A stretch of 64,000 nucleotides of DNA. It comes from Candidatus Parachristensenella avicola (GTDB lineage: Bacteria; Bacillota; Clostridia; Christensenellales; UMGS416). The position numbers and the translations under genes were made by a program. The notes under the pieces were generated by a model. The model saw nothing but the letters and a program-made list of their open reading frames with translations. It was not told where the DNA came from and searched no databases. The stretch lies in assembly GCA_904420205.1 (NCBI GenBank), contig CAJFUN010000024.1:23442-87441 (forward strand), read 5' to 3'. Positions 29,054 through 38,464 of this stretch are shown in pieces (within the stretch, counting starts at the first letter, position 1; every line of letters starts with the position of its first letter).

Positions 29054-30196
29054 TTGGCGGCAAAACGAGATTATTACGAAGTACTGGGGATCAATCGCGA
29101 CGCCTCAGACGATGATATCAAGCGGGCATACCGCAAGATGGCCAAGCAATACCATCCTGATCTGCATCCGGGCGATAAGGAGGCCGAGGCCAAATTTAAG
29201 GAGGTTAACGAGGCGTACGCTACCTTGTCCGACGCGCAGAAGCGCGCCCGGTATGATCAGTTTGGCCACGAAGATCCGGCGGCCGGCGGCGCGGGCGGAT
29301 ACGGCGGCGGATATGGTGGCGCAGGATTTGAGGATCTGGGCGATATCTTCAGCTCCTTCTTTGGAGGCGATATTTTCGGCGGCGGCCGGCGGCGCCGGAA
29401 CGGCCCGCAGCCGGGTAACGACCTGGAGTATGAGCTGCGTATCAGCTTTGAAGAAGCGGCCTTCGGCGCGAAAAAAGAGATTACCATTACCCGCGAGGCG
29501 CTATGCGACGAATGCGGCGGAACCGGGGCCAGAAAAGGCACAGCCCCGGAAACCTGCCCGGACTGCCGCGGCTCAGGGCAGGTGGTGACCTACCAGAATA
29601 CGCCGCTGGGGCGTATTCAAACCCAGCGGCCCTGCTCGCGCTGCGGCGGTAAGGGGCAGATCATCAAAGAGCCCTGTTCGCGCTGCGGCGGCAGAGGGCG
29701 CGTGCGTAAGAGCCCCAAAATTTCCTTGAATATTCCGGCAGGTATCGACAATGGTCAGCGCATTAACCTGCGGGGAGAAGGAGAGCCGGGGATCAACGGC
29801 GGACCGGCCGGCGATCTTTACGTGCGGATTGCCGTTGCGCCCCACAAGCTCTTTAAGCGGGATGGATATAACTTGCGTTGCGAGATCCCGATCACTTTCC
29901 CTCAGGCTGCGTTAGGCGCAAAGATCGACGTGCCTACGCTAGAGGGCAAGGTGGAATACGATATCCCGGAGGGAACGCAGACCGGCACCACCTTCCGCTT
30001 GCGTAACCGGGGTATTCAGATGCTCAATTCAAAGAATCGCGGCGACCTGTATATTACGGTTAAGGTGGAAGTGCCGCGGGCGCTCAATGCTCAGCAAAAG
30101 AAGCTGCTGAAGGACTACGACAGCTCCATGACCGGGCGCGAGCACCGAGAAAGCAAGTCCTTCTTTGATAAGATGAAAGATATACTGGGAAATTAG
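29054..30196 (+). CDS. dnaJ: molecular chaperone DnaJ
   Basis: A TTG start follows GAGAGGTGA. The J-domain KRDYYEVLG...HPD is present. A G/F-rich linker and four CxxCxGxG zinc-finger repeats follow it. Confidence 0.95.
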   Translation: MAAKRDYYEVLGINRDASDDDIKRAYRKMAKQYHPDLHPGDKEAEAKFKEVNEAYATLSDAQKRARYDQFGHEDPAAGGAGGYGGGYGGAGFEDLGDIFSSFFGGDIFGGGRRRRNGPQPGNDLEYELRISFEEAAFGAKKEITITREALCDECGGTGARKGTAPETCPDCRGSGQVVTYQNTPLGRIQTQRPCSRCGGKGQIIKEPCSRCGGRGRVRKSPKISLNIPAGIDNGQRINLRGEGEPGINGGPAGDLYVRIAVAPHKLFKRDGYNLRCEIPITFPQAALGAKIDVPTLEGKVEYDIPEGTQTGTTFRLRNRGIQMLNSKNRGDLYITVKVEVPRALNAQQKKLLKDYDSSMTGREHRESKSFFDKMKDILGN

Positions 30197-30206
30197 GAGG
30201 TCTGCC

Positions 30207-31157
30207 ATGAATTGGGTGGAAGTGACGGTACATACCACCACCGAAGGGGCGGAAATTGTCGCCAACGCGCTGGAAATGGCTGGGGCCGGCGGCGCGGTGA
30301 TTGAGGACAAGGCCGACCTGGCGCGCTATCAGCGCAGCGAGGGCGATTGGGATTATATCGACGAGGAAATCGGCGCAAAGATGTCGGAGGACGTGCTGGT
30401 AAAGGGATATTTGCCCGACGATGCCCGCATTCCGGACGAGCTCATGCTGCTCAGGCAAACGCTGGCGTCGATTGCACAAATGGATATGGGTGGACTCCCT
30501 CTGGGCAGCTTAGCGGTGGAAACCCAAGGCGTGCGTGAGGAGGACTGGGCGAATAACTGGAAAAAATACTATAAGCCCTTTCATGTAGGCCAGCGGCTAT
30601 GGATTAAACCCGAGTGGGAGCAGGCGCAAACCCCTCAGGGGCGGTTGCCCATCATCATGGATCCGGGCATGGCCTTTGGCACAGGTACGCATGAGACGAC
30701 CTTTATGTGCATGGAGCTGCTGGAACAGTATGTCCAGCCGGGCGACGAAATCTATGATATTGGCTGCGGCACAGGCATCTTAGCCATTGCAGCGCTGAAG
30801 CTGGGCGCGTCCCATGCGGTGGCAGTAGACCGGGATCCAGTGTGCATTTCCGCCGTTCATAACAACATGGCGCAAAACGGCGTGGACGCCTCCATGCTGG
30901 ATGCGAAGCTTGGCAATCTGCTGGATGGACAGATGCAGCCGCGCCGCCTGATTGTGGCCAACATTATCGCCGACGTGATTATCTCGATGGCTTCTGACGC
31001 TTGGACACGCCTAATGGAGGGCGGCATCCTGATCGCCTCGGGCATTATCCGCCAAAAAGAGGAGGAAGTCCGGGACGCGCTGGTTAAGGCGGGCTTTACC
31101 GTGGAAGAGGTGCGGCATAAAGGTGAATGGGTCGCCATGGCCGCCAGGAAAGCATAA
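30207..31157 (+). CDS. prmA: ribosomal protein L11 methyltransferase
   Basis: DPGMAFGTGTHETT and DIGCGTGILAI are present. It lies downstream of dnaJ, as in Bacillus. Confidence 0.9.
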   Translation: MNWVEVTVHTTTEGAEIVANALEMAGAGGAVIEDKADLARYQRSEGDWDYIDEEIGAKMSEDVLVKGYLPDDARIPDELMLLRQTLASIAQMDMGGLPLGSLAVETQGVREEDWANNWKKYYKPFHVGQRLWIKPEWEQAQTPQGRLPIIMDPGMAFGTGTHETTFMCMELLEQYVQPGDEIYDIGCGTGILAIAALKLGASHAVAVDRDPVCISAVHNNMAQNGVDASMLDAKLGNLLDGQMQPRRLIVANIIADVIISMASDAWTRLMEGGILIASGIIRQKEEEVRDALVKAGFTVEEVRHKGEWVAMAARKA

Positions 31158-31245
31158 ACGCAGAAAAAAGAAACGGCCCGGTGGTTCGGCGCTTGACGCG
31201 GCGAAAACCATCGGGTATTCTTATGAAGGAAAAGGAGGGCGGAAT

Positions 31246-32556
31246 GTGAAAAAGGTAGTGTTCCATACCCTCGGCTGCAAAACGAATCAATACGATTCCG
31301 AGGCCATGCTGGAGCGGCTGCTGGGCGGCGGGTATGAGCTGGCCCAGGAGGGAGAGGCAGCAGATCTTGTCATCGTAAATACCTGCACCGTGACAGCGGA
31401 GGCGGACCGTAAATCCCGGCAGATGCTGCGGCAGGCGGCTGCTGCCCATCCTGGCGCCATCGTGGTGGCGGCCGGATGCTATGCCCAGCGGGATCCGCAG
31501 GCACTGACCCAAATTGAGGGCGTAAACCTTGTGTTAGGGAATCAGGACAGGGGCGATATTTTAGCGCTGGTTGACCAGGCAGCAGCGGCCCAGGTTCCGG
31601 TGACCCATGTGGCCGATTTAAAGGAGGCGGGCTTTGAACCCCTGTCCATCCGTGACAGCGGCCTCCATACCCGCGTCAACATCAAGATACAGGAAGGCTG
31701 CAACCGATTCTGCACCTACTGCATTATCCCCTATGCCCGAGGCCCTATCCGAAGCCGACCGTTAGAGGATACGGTGCAGGAAGCGGCCCGATTGGCGGCG
31801 ATGGGTGTAAAGGAATTCGTGCTGACGGGCATTCATATCGCTTCATATGGATTGGATACGCCCGGCGGCCCGAGGCTGATCGAATTGCTAGAGGCGCTGG
31901 ATAAGGTCGATGGGCTGGAAAGGCTTCGGCTCGGTTCGTTGGAACCCTCGCTGCTGACGGAGGATTTCTGCGCCCGAGCTGCGCGGTTGGCTCATCTTTG
32001 CCATCATTTCCATCTTTCGCTGCAAAGCGGCTGCGACGCCACCTTGAAGCGAATGGGACGACGGTATACGGCGGAAGCTTTCGCAGGTTACGCGGCTTGC
32101 CTGCGCTCGGCCATTGGCGATGCAGCGCTGACCACCGATGTGATTGTCGGTTTCCCAGGGGAAACGGAGGATGACTTCCGGCAGTCCATGGCTTTCGTAG
32201 AGCGCATGGCCTTCAGCCGGATTCATGTTTTCCCTTATTCGCCCCGGGCAGGCACGCCGGCCGCGGTCATGCCGAACCAAATTGCCAAGGCGGACAAGCA
32301 CCGCCGCGCCGGCGAGATGATTGCGCTGGGCGAGCGGCTGATGCGGCAAGCCTACGAGGCGCTGCTGGGGCGGGTGGAACCGGTGCTGCTGGAGGAAAAG
32401 GTGGGCGGATGTATGGCGGGCTACACGCCGGGCTATGCCAGGGTATTGGTTCGGGACACGGAGCGCCTGCCAGGCGAATTGGTTTGGGTACAACTGGACG
32501 GAATCGAGCAGGATGCGCTGCTGGGGCGTCCGGTGAATAAGGAGGATGCGCAATGA
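31246..32556 (+). CDS. mtaB: tRNA (N6-threonylcarbamoyladenosine-37) methylthiotransferase MtaB (MiaB-like radical SAM)
   Basis: GTG 31246 lies 6 nt after AAGGAGGG. The UPF0004 domain (FHTLGCKTNQYDSE), the radical SAM motif CNRFCTYC and a TRAM-like C-terminus are present. It occupies the yqeV position of the dnaK locus. Confidence 0.8.
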   Translation: MKKVVFHTLGCKTNQYDSEAMLERLLGGGYELAQEGEAADLVIVNTCTVTAEADRKSRQMLRQAAAAHPGAIVVAAGCYAQRDPQALTQIEGVNLVLGNQDRGDILALVDQAAAAQVPVTHVADLKEAGFEPLSIRDSGLHTRVNIKIQEGCNRFCTYCIIPYARGPIRSRPLEDTVQEAARLAAMGVKEFVLTGIHIASYGLDTPGGPRLIELLEALDKVDGLERLRLGSLEPSLLTEDFCARAARLAHLCHHFHLSLQSGCDATLKRMGRRYTAEAFAGYAACLRSAIGDAALTTDVIVGFPGETEDDFRQSMAFVERMAFSRIHVFPYSPRAGTPAAVMPNQIAKADKHRRAGEMIALGERLMRQAYEALLGRVEPVLLEEKVGGCMAGYTPGYARVLVRDTERLPGELVWVQLDGIEQDALLGRPVNKEDAQ

Positions 32557-32903
32557 GCGAAAAAGAAAGCTGTATTTTCTGCAGAATTATCGAAGGGGAA
32601 ATTCCATCCGACAAGGTATATGAGGACGACGCGTTTGTAGCCATTCGCGACGTGAACCCTCAGGCGCCGATTCATATTCTGGTGATTCCCAAGCGTCATG
32701 TAGCCAATATCTTGGAGGCCTCCGGAGACGGGCAGATGATGGCTGGCATTTTTAAGGTGGTCAACAAGGTGGCCGATAAGCTGGGCATGAAGGTGGACGG
32801 CCTGCGCGTCGTCTCCAATGTAGGCAAATTTGGCTGCCAGAGTGTCCCACATTTGCATATCCATGTGCTGGGCGGCGCACAGCTGGCCGAAAAAATGAGC
32901 TGA
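32553..32903 (+). CDS. HIT family (histidine triad) nucleotide-binding protein
   Basis: CIFCRII...HLHIHVLGG is the HxHxHxx motif. Confidence 0.9.
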   Translation: MSEKESCIFCRIIEGEIPSDKVYEDDAFVAIRDVNPQAPIHILVIPKRHVANILEASGDGQMMAGIFKVVNKVADKLGMKVDGLRVVSNVGKFGCQSVPHLHIHVLGGAQLAEKMS

Positions 32904-32931
32904 TTCCTGGAGAAAGGCGGAAGAAAAAGCC

Positions 32932-32960
32932 TTGACAAGCAGGGAAAAATGGCCTATACT
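32932..32960 (+). promoter_or_regulatory. promoter of the infC-rpmI-rplT operon
   Basis: TTGACA (32932-32937), a 17-nt spacer, then TATACT (32955-32960). Confidence 0.65.
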
Positions 32961-33036
32961 TACTTTTGTTAAGCAGAAGCCACCCTTCTCACCTGTCGGC
33001 AATCGCGCTTCCAGGTTCTGTATGATCACATAAATG

Positions 33037-33067
33037 GGGTAGGCTTGTGCCTATCCTTATTTTTTTG
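33037..33067 (+). terminator. leader terminator upstream of infC (L20-leader-type attenuator candidate)
   Basis: GGGTAGGC (33037-33044) pairs with GCCTATCC (33049-33056), with one G-U pair, followed by TTATTTTTTT. It lies about 75 nt downstream of the promoter and before the infC SD. In Bacillus the equivalent leader is bound by L20. Confidence 0.5.
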
Positions 33068-33112
33068 CAATGGCGAGACCGCCGCAAAACGAATAAACGG
33101 AGGTGTTTTCCT

Positions 33113-33628
33113 ATCAAAACCGAATTGATGATCAACGAACAGATTCGTGCCCGCGAGGTGCGCCTGATGGGCGTGAACCGGGAGCCCCTGGGCGTCGTGC
33201 CCCTGCAGGAGGCCCTGGCCAAAGCGGATGAACACAATCTTGACCTGGTTCTGATTGCGCCGCAGGCGGAGCCGCCGGTTTGCCGGATTATGGATTACAG
33301 CAAATACCGTTTCGAGCAGGCCAAAAAGGATAAGGAGGCCCGCAAGAACCAGAAGGTCATCAGCGTGAAGGAAGTCCGTTTGTCCCCCAGCATTGAAGAG
33401 CACGATCTGGATGTGAAGGCTAAGGCCGCTCGCAAATTCGTGGGCGACGGCGACAAGGTGAAGGTTACCGTGCAGTTCCGAGGCCGCCAGATGGCTCACA
33501 CGGATATCGGCTTTACCGTGCTGGCTCAGTTTGCTTCCAAGGTGGAGGATGTTGCCAATATCGAGAAGAAGCCTCTTCTGGAAGGTCGCAACATGTCCAT
33601 GATTATCGTTCCCAAATCATCTAAGTAA
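33113..33628 (+). CDS. infC: translation initiation factor IF-3, probable non-AUG (AUC) start
   Basis: [14 protein letters not shown]...[13 protein letters not shown] is IF-3. GGAGGTG (33099-33105) lies 7 nt before in-frame ATC 33113. The first in-frame ATG (33128) is 22 nt from the SD. Confidence 0.85.
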   Translation: MKTELMINEQIRAREVRLMGVNREPLGVVPLQEALAKADEHNLDLVLIAPQAEPPVCRIMDYSKYRFEQAKKDKEARKNQKVISVKEVRLSPSIEEHDLDVKAKAARKFVGDGDKVKVTVQFRGRQMAHTDIGFTVLAQFASKVEDVANIEKKPLLEGRNMSMIIVPKSSK

Positions 33629-33645
33629 TCGAGAGGAGGAGCACC

Positions 33646-33843
33646 ATGCCTAAGATTAAAACCCGCAGCTCGGCTGCCAAGCGTTTTGAGACCACCGGTA
33701 CCGGTAAGATCAAGCGCGCCAAAGCTTATAAGAATCACAAGCTGGGCCAGAAGACCCGCAAGACCAAGCGCAATCTGCGTGATGGCGGCTACGTCAGCGA
33801 GCAGGAAGCCAAGGTTATTCATAAGCTGATCCCTTATAAGTAA
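33646..33843 (+). CDS. rpmI: 50S ribosomal protein L35
   Basis: The N-terminus reads [14 protein letters not shown], in a 65-aa protein. Confidence 0.95.
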   Translation: MPKIKTRSSAAKRFETTGTGKIKRAKAYKNHKLGQKTRKTKRNLRDGGYVSEQEAKVIHKLIPYK

Positions 33844-33869
33844 TTTGAGCAGGAAGGAGTGTACCTCAA

Positions 33870-34229
33870 ATGGCACGTATTAAGAGAGCCGTAAACGCCG
33901 TAAAGAAGCGTCGTAAGATTTTTAAGCTGTCCAAGGGTTACTTCGGCGCCAAGAGCCGCCAGTATCGCGTAGCCAACCAGGCCGTGATGAAGTCCCTATC
34001 TTATGCCTATGTGGGCCGCCGCCTGCGTAAGCGTGATTTCCGCCGCCTGTGGATCATCCGCATCAATGCGGCCGCCCGTATGAACGGCCTGAGCTATAGC
34101 CGCATGATGAACGGCCTGAAAAAAGCCGGCGTGGATATCAATCGCAAGGTGCTGGCTGATCTCGCGGTCAACGATATGCCCGCCTTCGCGAAGCTGGCCG
34201 ATTTGGCTAAGCAGCAGCTGAGCGCTTAA
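33870..34229 (+). CDS. rplT: 50S ribosomal protein L20
   Basis: The N-terminus reads [26 protein letters not shown], in a 119-aa protein. Confidence 0.95.
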   Translation: MARIKRAVNAVKKRRKIFKLSKGYFGAKSRQYRVANQAVMKSLSYAYVGRRLRKRDFRRLWIIRINAAARMNGLSYSRMMNGLKKAGVDINRKVLADLAVNDMPAFAKLADLAKQQLSA

Positions 34230-34244
34230 TAGAAAAGCTTTTAT

Positions 34245-34271
34245 GGCCTTGTTTTGGACAAGGCCTTTTTT
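34245..34271 (+). terminator. intrinsic terminator after rplT
   Basis: GGCCTTGT (34245-34252) pairs with ACAAGGCC (34258-34265), followed by TTTTTT. Confidence 0.8.
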
Positions 34272-34296
34272 ATCCGAAAAAAGGAGGAGAAAGCCT

Positions 34297-35088
34297 GTGG
34301 ATAGGGTGATTACCGCCGTACAGAATGAACGGATTAAGCAGCTTCGCCAGCTTAACCAAAAAAAGGGCCGTCGGGAGCAGGGGCTTTTTTTAGCGGAGGG
34401 CCCGCACCTCGTGGAGGAGGCGGTAAAAAGCGGCGTATCCATCCCATGGATGGTGGTGGAGGAAGGCCGGGAGCAGGCATTTCAAGACCTTCTGAATGCA
34501 ATGGATCCCATGCAGATTATACGGGTATCCCGTGTGGTGATGGAATCGATTAGCGAAACGCGGACGCCTCAAGGCATCCTAGCGGTAACGCCGCTACGCC
34601 TTCAGCCCTGGCAAGATCATGATCTGGAACCTGGCCTTATATTAATTCTGGATAACCTGCAGGATCCCGGGAATATGGGCACCATTATCCGCACGGCCGA
34701 TGCGGCGGGCGCCGACGGCGTATTGGTTTCGACCGATTCGGTGGACGTGCATAATCCCAAGTGCGTACGCGCTACGATGGGTTCTATTTTTCATCTGCCG
34801 CTGTGGTCGTGCGAAGACCTGCCCGCGGCCATCCGCGCCATGACGGAAAGGGGATGGGCAGTGCTTTGCGGCGACCTAAAGGGAACGGATTTTTTTTCCC
34901 GCCGGATAGAAGCCCAAGGCCAAGCGCTCATTGTCGGCAATGAGGCGGCGGGTGTCCGGGCAGAGGTAGCGCAGGCCGCCAGCCATCGCTTCCGCTTGGC
35001 CATGGCAGGCCGGGCCGAGTCGCTCAACGCGGCGGTGGCGGCGGGCATTATGATTTACGATCTGGCCCGGAGCATGGGGCGGCTGTAA
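34297..35088 (+). CDS. TrmH/SpoU family RNA 2'-O-methyltransferase (RlmB/YsgA-like)
   Basis: GTG 34297 follows AAAGGAGGAG. LQDPGNMGTIIRTADAAG, GNE..G and ESLNAAVAAGI are SpoU motifs 1-3. Confidence 0.8.
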   Translation: MDRVITAVQNERIKQLRQLNQKKGRREQGLFLAEGPHLVEEAVKSGVSIPWMVVEEGREQAFQDLLNAMDPMQIIRVSRVVMESISETRTPQGILAVTPLRLQPWQDHDLEPGLILILDNLQDPGNMGTIIRTADAAGADGVLVSTDSVDVHNPKCVRATMGSIFHLPLWSCEDLPAAIRAMTERGWAVLCGDLKGTDFFSRRIEAQGQALIVGNEAAGVRAEVAQAASHRFRLAMAGRAESLNAAVAAGIMIYDLARSMGRL

Positions 35089-35135
35089 CCGGCGCAGGCT
35101 GGCATAGCGTTGAATACCCAAGGGAGGAATCGGTA

Positions 35136-36173
35136 ATGACGGATTTACAGCGGGCCGGCGCCGCTTTGTGCGATTGGTTTGACGAGAATATGCGGCCTTT
35201 GCCATGGCGCAAAAATCGAGAGCCCTATCCGATCTGGGTTTCCGAAGTCATGCTGCAACAGACGCGGGTGGAAACGGTGATCGGGTACTTTGAACGCTTC
35301 ATGGTGCGCTTTCCCACCGTGCAGTCATTGGCTGCCGCGCGGCGGGATGAGGTGTTTAAGCTATGGGAGGGCCTGGGGTACTACCGGCGGGCGGAATACC
35401 TGCTCAAGGGCGCGCAGTATGTCGTCGCCCAGCTGGGCGGTGTATTTCCCCGCAGCGCCCGGGAGCTGGAGCGGATTCCCGGCATCGGAGCCTATACGGC
35501 AGGCGCCATCGCCAGCATGGCCTTTGGGGAGCGGGTCGCCGCCGTAGACGGCAATGTGCTGCGGGTCACCGCGCGGCTGGCAGCCTATCACGATCCTGTG
35601 GATTTGCCCGGGACCCGGGCGAAAGCCGGCGAAATATCGCTGGCTATGATGCCGGAAGGGCGGGCATGGAGCCATACCCAAGCGATGATGGAGTTGGGGG
35701 CGTGCATTTGCCTCCCCAAGCATCCGCGCTGCAACCTTTGCCCGGTGCAGGATGCATGCCGCGCGTTTGATATGGGGCTCGAGCAGACGCTGCCGGTAAA
35801 AGGCGCGCGGAAAAAGCAGCTTGAGGTGCAGCGCGACGTATACATGATCACCGACGGACGGCGCATATTGCTGCGGCGAAGGCCAGATGAAGGGCTGCTG
35901 CGGGGCATGTGGGAATTCCCGGGAGAGGAAGAAGCGGAAAGGGGATTCCTTGCAGGATTTACCGTTCGCCGGCGGGAAAGGGCGGTATCCGTGCGCCATG
36001 TATTTACCCACCGCATCTGGCAGATGCAAGGTTGGTGGGTGGAAGTGGAACCGTGCGATGCACCTGAGGGCTGCTGCTGGGCAGACGAAGGGAAATTAGC
36101 GGCGTTGGCGCTGCCTACGGCGATGGCTGCGTTCCGAACCTTTGCCGCGGCCCGGTTGGGCGGTGGGAATTGA
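35136..36173 (+). CDS. mutY: A/G-specific adenine DNA glycosylase
   Basis: PYPIWVSEVMLQQTRV, the HhH-GPD element GIGAYTAGAI and the 4Fe-4S Cys cluster CX6CX2CX5C are present. A NUDIX-like C-terminal domain follows. Confidence 0.9.
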   Translation: MTDLQRAGAALCDWFDENMRPLPWRKNREPYPIWVSEVMLQQTRVETVIGYFERFMVRFPTVQSLAAARRDEVFKLWEGLGYYRRAEYLLKGAQYVVAQLGGVFPRSARELERIPGIGAYTAGAIASMAFGERVAAVDGNVLRVTARLAAYHDPVDLPGTRAKAGEISLAMMPEGRAWSHTQAMMELGACICLPKHPRCNLCPVQDACRAFDMGLEQTLPVKGARKKQLEVQRDVYMITDGRRILLRRRPDEGLLRGMWEFPGEEEAERGFLAGFTVRRRERAVSVRHVFTHRIWQMQGWWVEVEPCDAPEGCCWADEGKLAALALPTAMAAFRTFAAARLGGGN

Positions 36174-36191
36174 AAAGGCGAATCATGTGAG

Positions 36192-36228
36192 GAAGATTTG
36201 CGGACGTTGCAAATCTTCTTATTTTTTT
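36192..36228 (+). terminator. intrinsic terminator after mutY (overlaps a possible TTGCAA-17-TATAGT promoter for the next gene)
   Basis: A 10-bp stem pairs GAAGATTTGC (36192-36201) with GCAAATCTTC (36209-36218), followed by TTATTTTTTT. Confidence 0.8.
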
Positions 36229-36280
36229 GTATAGTGAAGGGTAACCGGCTTATTCCGGTAAAGAATAAGGAGTATGGGAT

Positions 36281-37138
36281 TTGGTTTATTGGATCATTGG
36301 TATCTGCCTGGCGCTGGCGGCGATCGCCTATCTTGCGCTGCGGCAAGATCTGCACGTCGTGCGTTATGCGCTGGAAAGCGACCGGCTGCCGCCGGAGGCC
36401 AGGGTGCGGCTTGTGGTGGTTAGCGATCTGCATAATACCATTTATCCGGGGAATCAGCAGGCGCTGGCCGACGTGATCCTGGGAGAAAAGCCGGACGCCG
36501 TGCTGATTACCGGCGACTTTTTCGACGAGCAAGGCGACGCACAGGGGGCCAAACTGCTGGCGGGCGCCCTTCAGGGGCGCGTTGCCTATTACTATGCTCC
36601 CGGAAATCACGAATATCGGGCCCCTAAACCGGAGGCAATTTTCCGGCAGCTGGGCGATCTGGGCTGCATTGTGCTGCGCAACCGTGCGGCACTGGTGCGG
36701 TTGGGCCATGCCAATGTAGTGCTGGCCGGCTTGGACGACCCGGAAAGAACGGCGACTGACCGAGGGTATGATTGGAAAGCGGCGTTGGCCCATTTGGGGG
36801 AGGAGGTGGCGGGACTGCCCGGTTACCGCATTCTGCTAGCTCATCGCCCGGAAGCCATCGACGAATACCGCCAGATGGATTTTGACTTGATCCTTTCAGG
36901 CCATGCCCACGGGGGGCAATGGCGTATCCCAGGATGGATCAACGGGGTATATGCGCCGGGCCAGGGCCTTTTTCCCCGCTATGCCGGAGGAGTTTACCCG
37001 CTGGATGACCTCGTGATGATCGTCAGCCGGGGGCTTTCCAATAATACATGGGTGCCCCGCATTTTTAACCCGCCTGAACTTGTCATGATTGAGCTTACGG
37101 CCGGGAAGCGTCGGGGTAAGGCCAAAGGAGGGGAATAA
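36281..37138 (+). CDS. metallophosphoesterase (YkuE/calcineurin-like) with N-terminal TM helix
   Basis: TTG 36281 lies 8 nt after AAGGAG. The motifs VVVSDLHN, GDFFD, GNHE and GHAHGGQ are present. Confidence 0.8.
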   Translation: MVYWIIGICLALAAIAYLALRQDLHVVRYALESDRLPPEARVRLVVVSDLHNTIYPGNQQALADVILGEKPDAVLITGDFFDEQGDAQGAKLLAGALQGRVAYYYAPGNHEYRAPKPEAIFRQLGDLGCIVLRNRAALVRLGHANVVLAGLDDPERTATDRGYDWKAALAHLGEEVAGLPGYRILLAHRPEAIDEYRQMDFDLILSGHAHGGQWRIPGWINGVYAPGQGLFPRYAGGVYPLDDLVMIVSRGLSNNTWVPRIFNPPELVMIELTAGKRRGKAKGGE

Positions 37139-37140
37139 GC

Positions 37141-38460
37141 ATGGAAAGCTTTTTGGAGCCTAAGGTTCCGGCGCGGGCGCCGTTAGCCGATCGCATGCGG
37201 CCGAGCACCCTGGATGAATTCATGGGTCAGCAACACCTGATCGGGCCAGGGCGGCTGCTTCGGCGCGCCATTATGGCCGACCGGTTGACCAGCAGCATTT
37301 TTTATGGCCCGCCTGGCTGCGGAAAAACCACATTGGCTTCCATCATCGCGGCCACTACGAAGATGAGCTTTGTAAAGCTTAACGCTGTGACCACCGGTGT
37401 GGGCGAGCTTCGGGAGGTGCTCAAGCAGGCGCAGGCCCATGAACAGCGTACTGGACAGTCCACGCTGCTTTTGCTGGACGAATGCCACCGCTGGAATAAG
37501 GCGCAGTCCGACGCGCTACTGCCCGCGCTGGAGCGGGGAACGCTCTGCTTCATTGGTTCTACCACCGAGAACCCGATGATCAATATGACCCCGGCGCTGG
37601 TTTCCCGCTGCCGGATTTTCGAGTTTAAGGCGCTGAAGGACGCGGATGTCATCCATGCTTTGCGACGGGCGCTGGCCGATGAACAGCGAGGTTTTGGCCG
37701 CATGGAGGTCATCGCCGATGAAGATGCGCTGAATCACATTGCCTCTGTGGCCAACGGCGATGTGCGCAGCGCCCTGAATGCGCTGGAGCTGGCGGTGCTG
37801 ACCACGCCGCCAGAATCCGGCGGCGTCATTCACGTGACCCTGCCGGTGGCAGAGGAATCCATCCAGCGCAGGGTACTGCAGATGGACGAGTCCTATTTTT
37901 ACGATATGCTGTCGGCCTTTTGTAAGTCGCTCCGGGGCAGCGATGCGGATGCGGCGCTGGCCTGGTTCGCCCGCATGGTGACCGGCGGCGTGGATCCCCA
38001 TGTCATTGTGCGGCGGATGATCGTCCATGCCTCGGAGGATGTGGGCCTTGCTGCGCCGGATGCATTGCTGCAGGCGGTGGCGGCTGCCGATGCGCTGGAT
38101 CGTATCGGGATGCCGGAGGCCAGGATCCCCATTGCTCAGGCGATCATCTTTATCTGCGAATCGCCCAAATCGGATGCGGCATCGGCGGCGGTGGAGCGGG
38201 CTTTTGCTTCGGCTGAGAAAACGCGCCATGACCCCGTGCCCCTTCACCTGAAGGATACCCATTATATCGGCAGCAGTAAAATTAAAGCGGGATCGGGTTA
38301 TCTATATCCTCACGATTTCCCGGGCCATTATGTGAAGCAGCAGTATATGCCGGTTTCAGCCCAGGGAGAGCACTATTATGAACCAAGCGATCAAGGCTTT
38401 GAGCGGCGGATCGGTGAGCTGCGCAAGGCCCGAATCGATTCAACGATCACAAGGAGGTAA
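37141..38460 (+). CDS. rarA: replication-associated recombination protein A (AAA+ ATPase)
   Basis: LADRMRPSTLDEF.GQ, Walker A GPPGCGKTT and DECHRWNKAQ are present. The MgsA C-terminal domain (HLKD.HY...YLYPH) is also present. Confidence 0.9.
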   Translation: MESFLEPKVPARAPLADRMRPSTLDEFMGQQHLIGPGRLLRRAIMADRLTSSIFYGPPGCGKTTLASIIAATTKMSFVKLNAVTTGVGELREVLKQAQAHEQRTGQSTLLLLDECHRWNKAQSDALLPALERGTLCFIGSTTENPMINMTPALVSRCRIFEFKALKDADVIHALRRALADEQRGFGRMEVIADEDALNHIASVANGDVRSALNALELAVLTTPPESGGVIHVTLPVAEESIQRRVLQMDESYFYDMLSAFCKSLRGSDADAALAWFARMVTGGVDPHVIVRRMIVHASEDVGLAAPDALLQAVAAADALDRIGMPEARIPIAQAIIFICESPKSDAASAAVERAFASAEKTRHDPVPLHLKDTHYIGSSKIKAGSGYLYPHDFPGHYVKQQYMPVSAQGEHYYEPSDQGFERRIGELRKARIDSTITRR

Positions 38461-38464
38461 AAAA

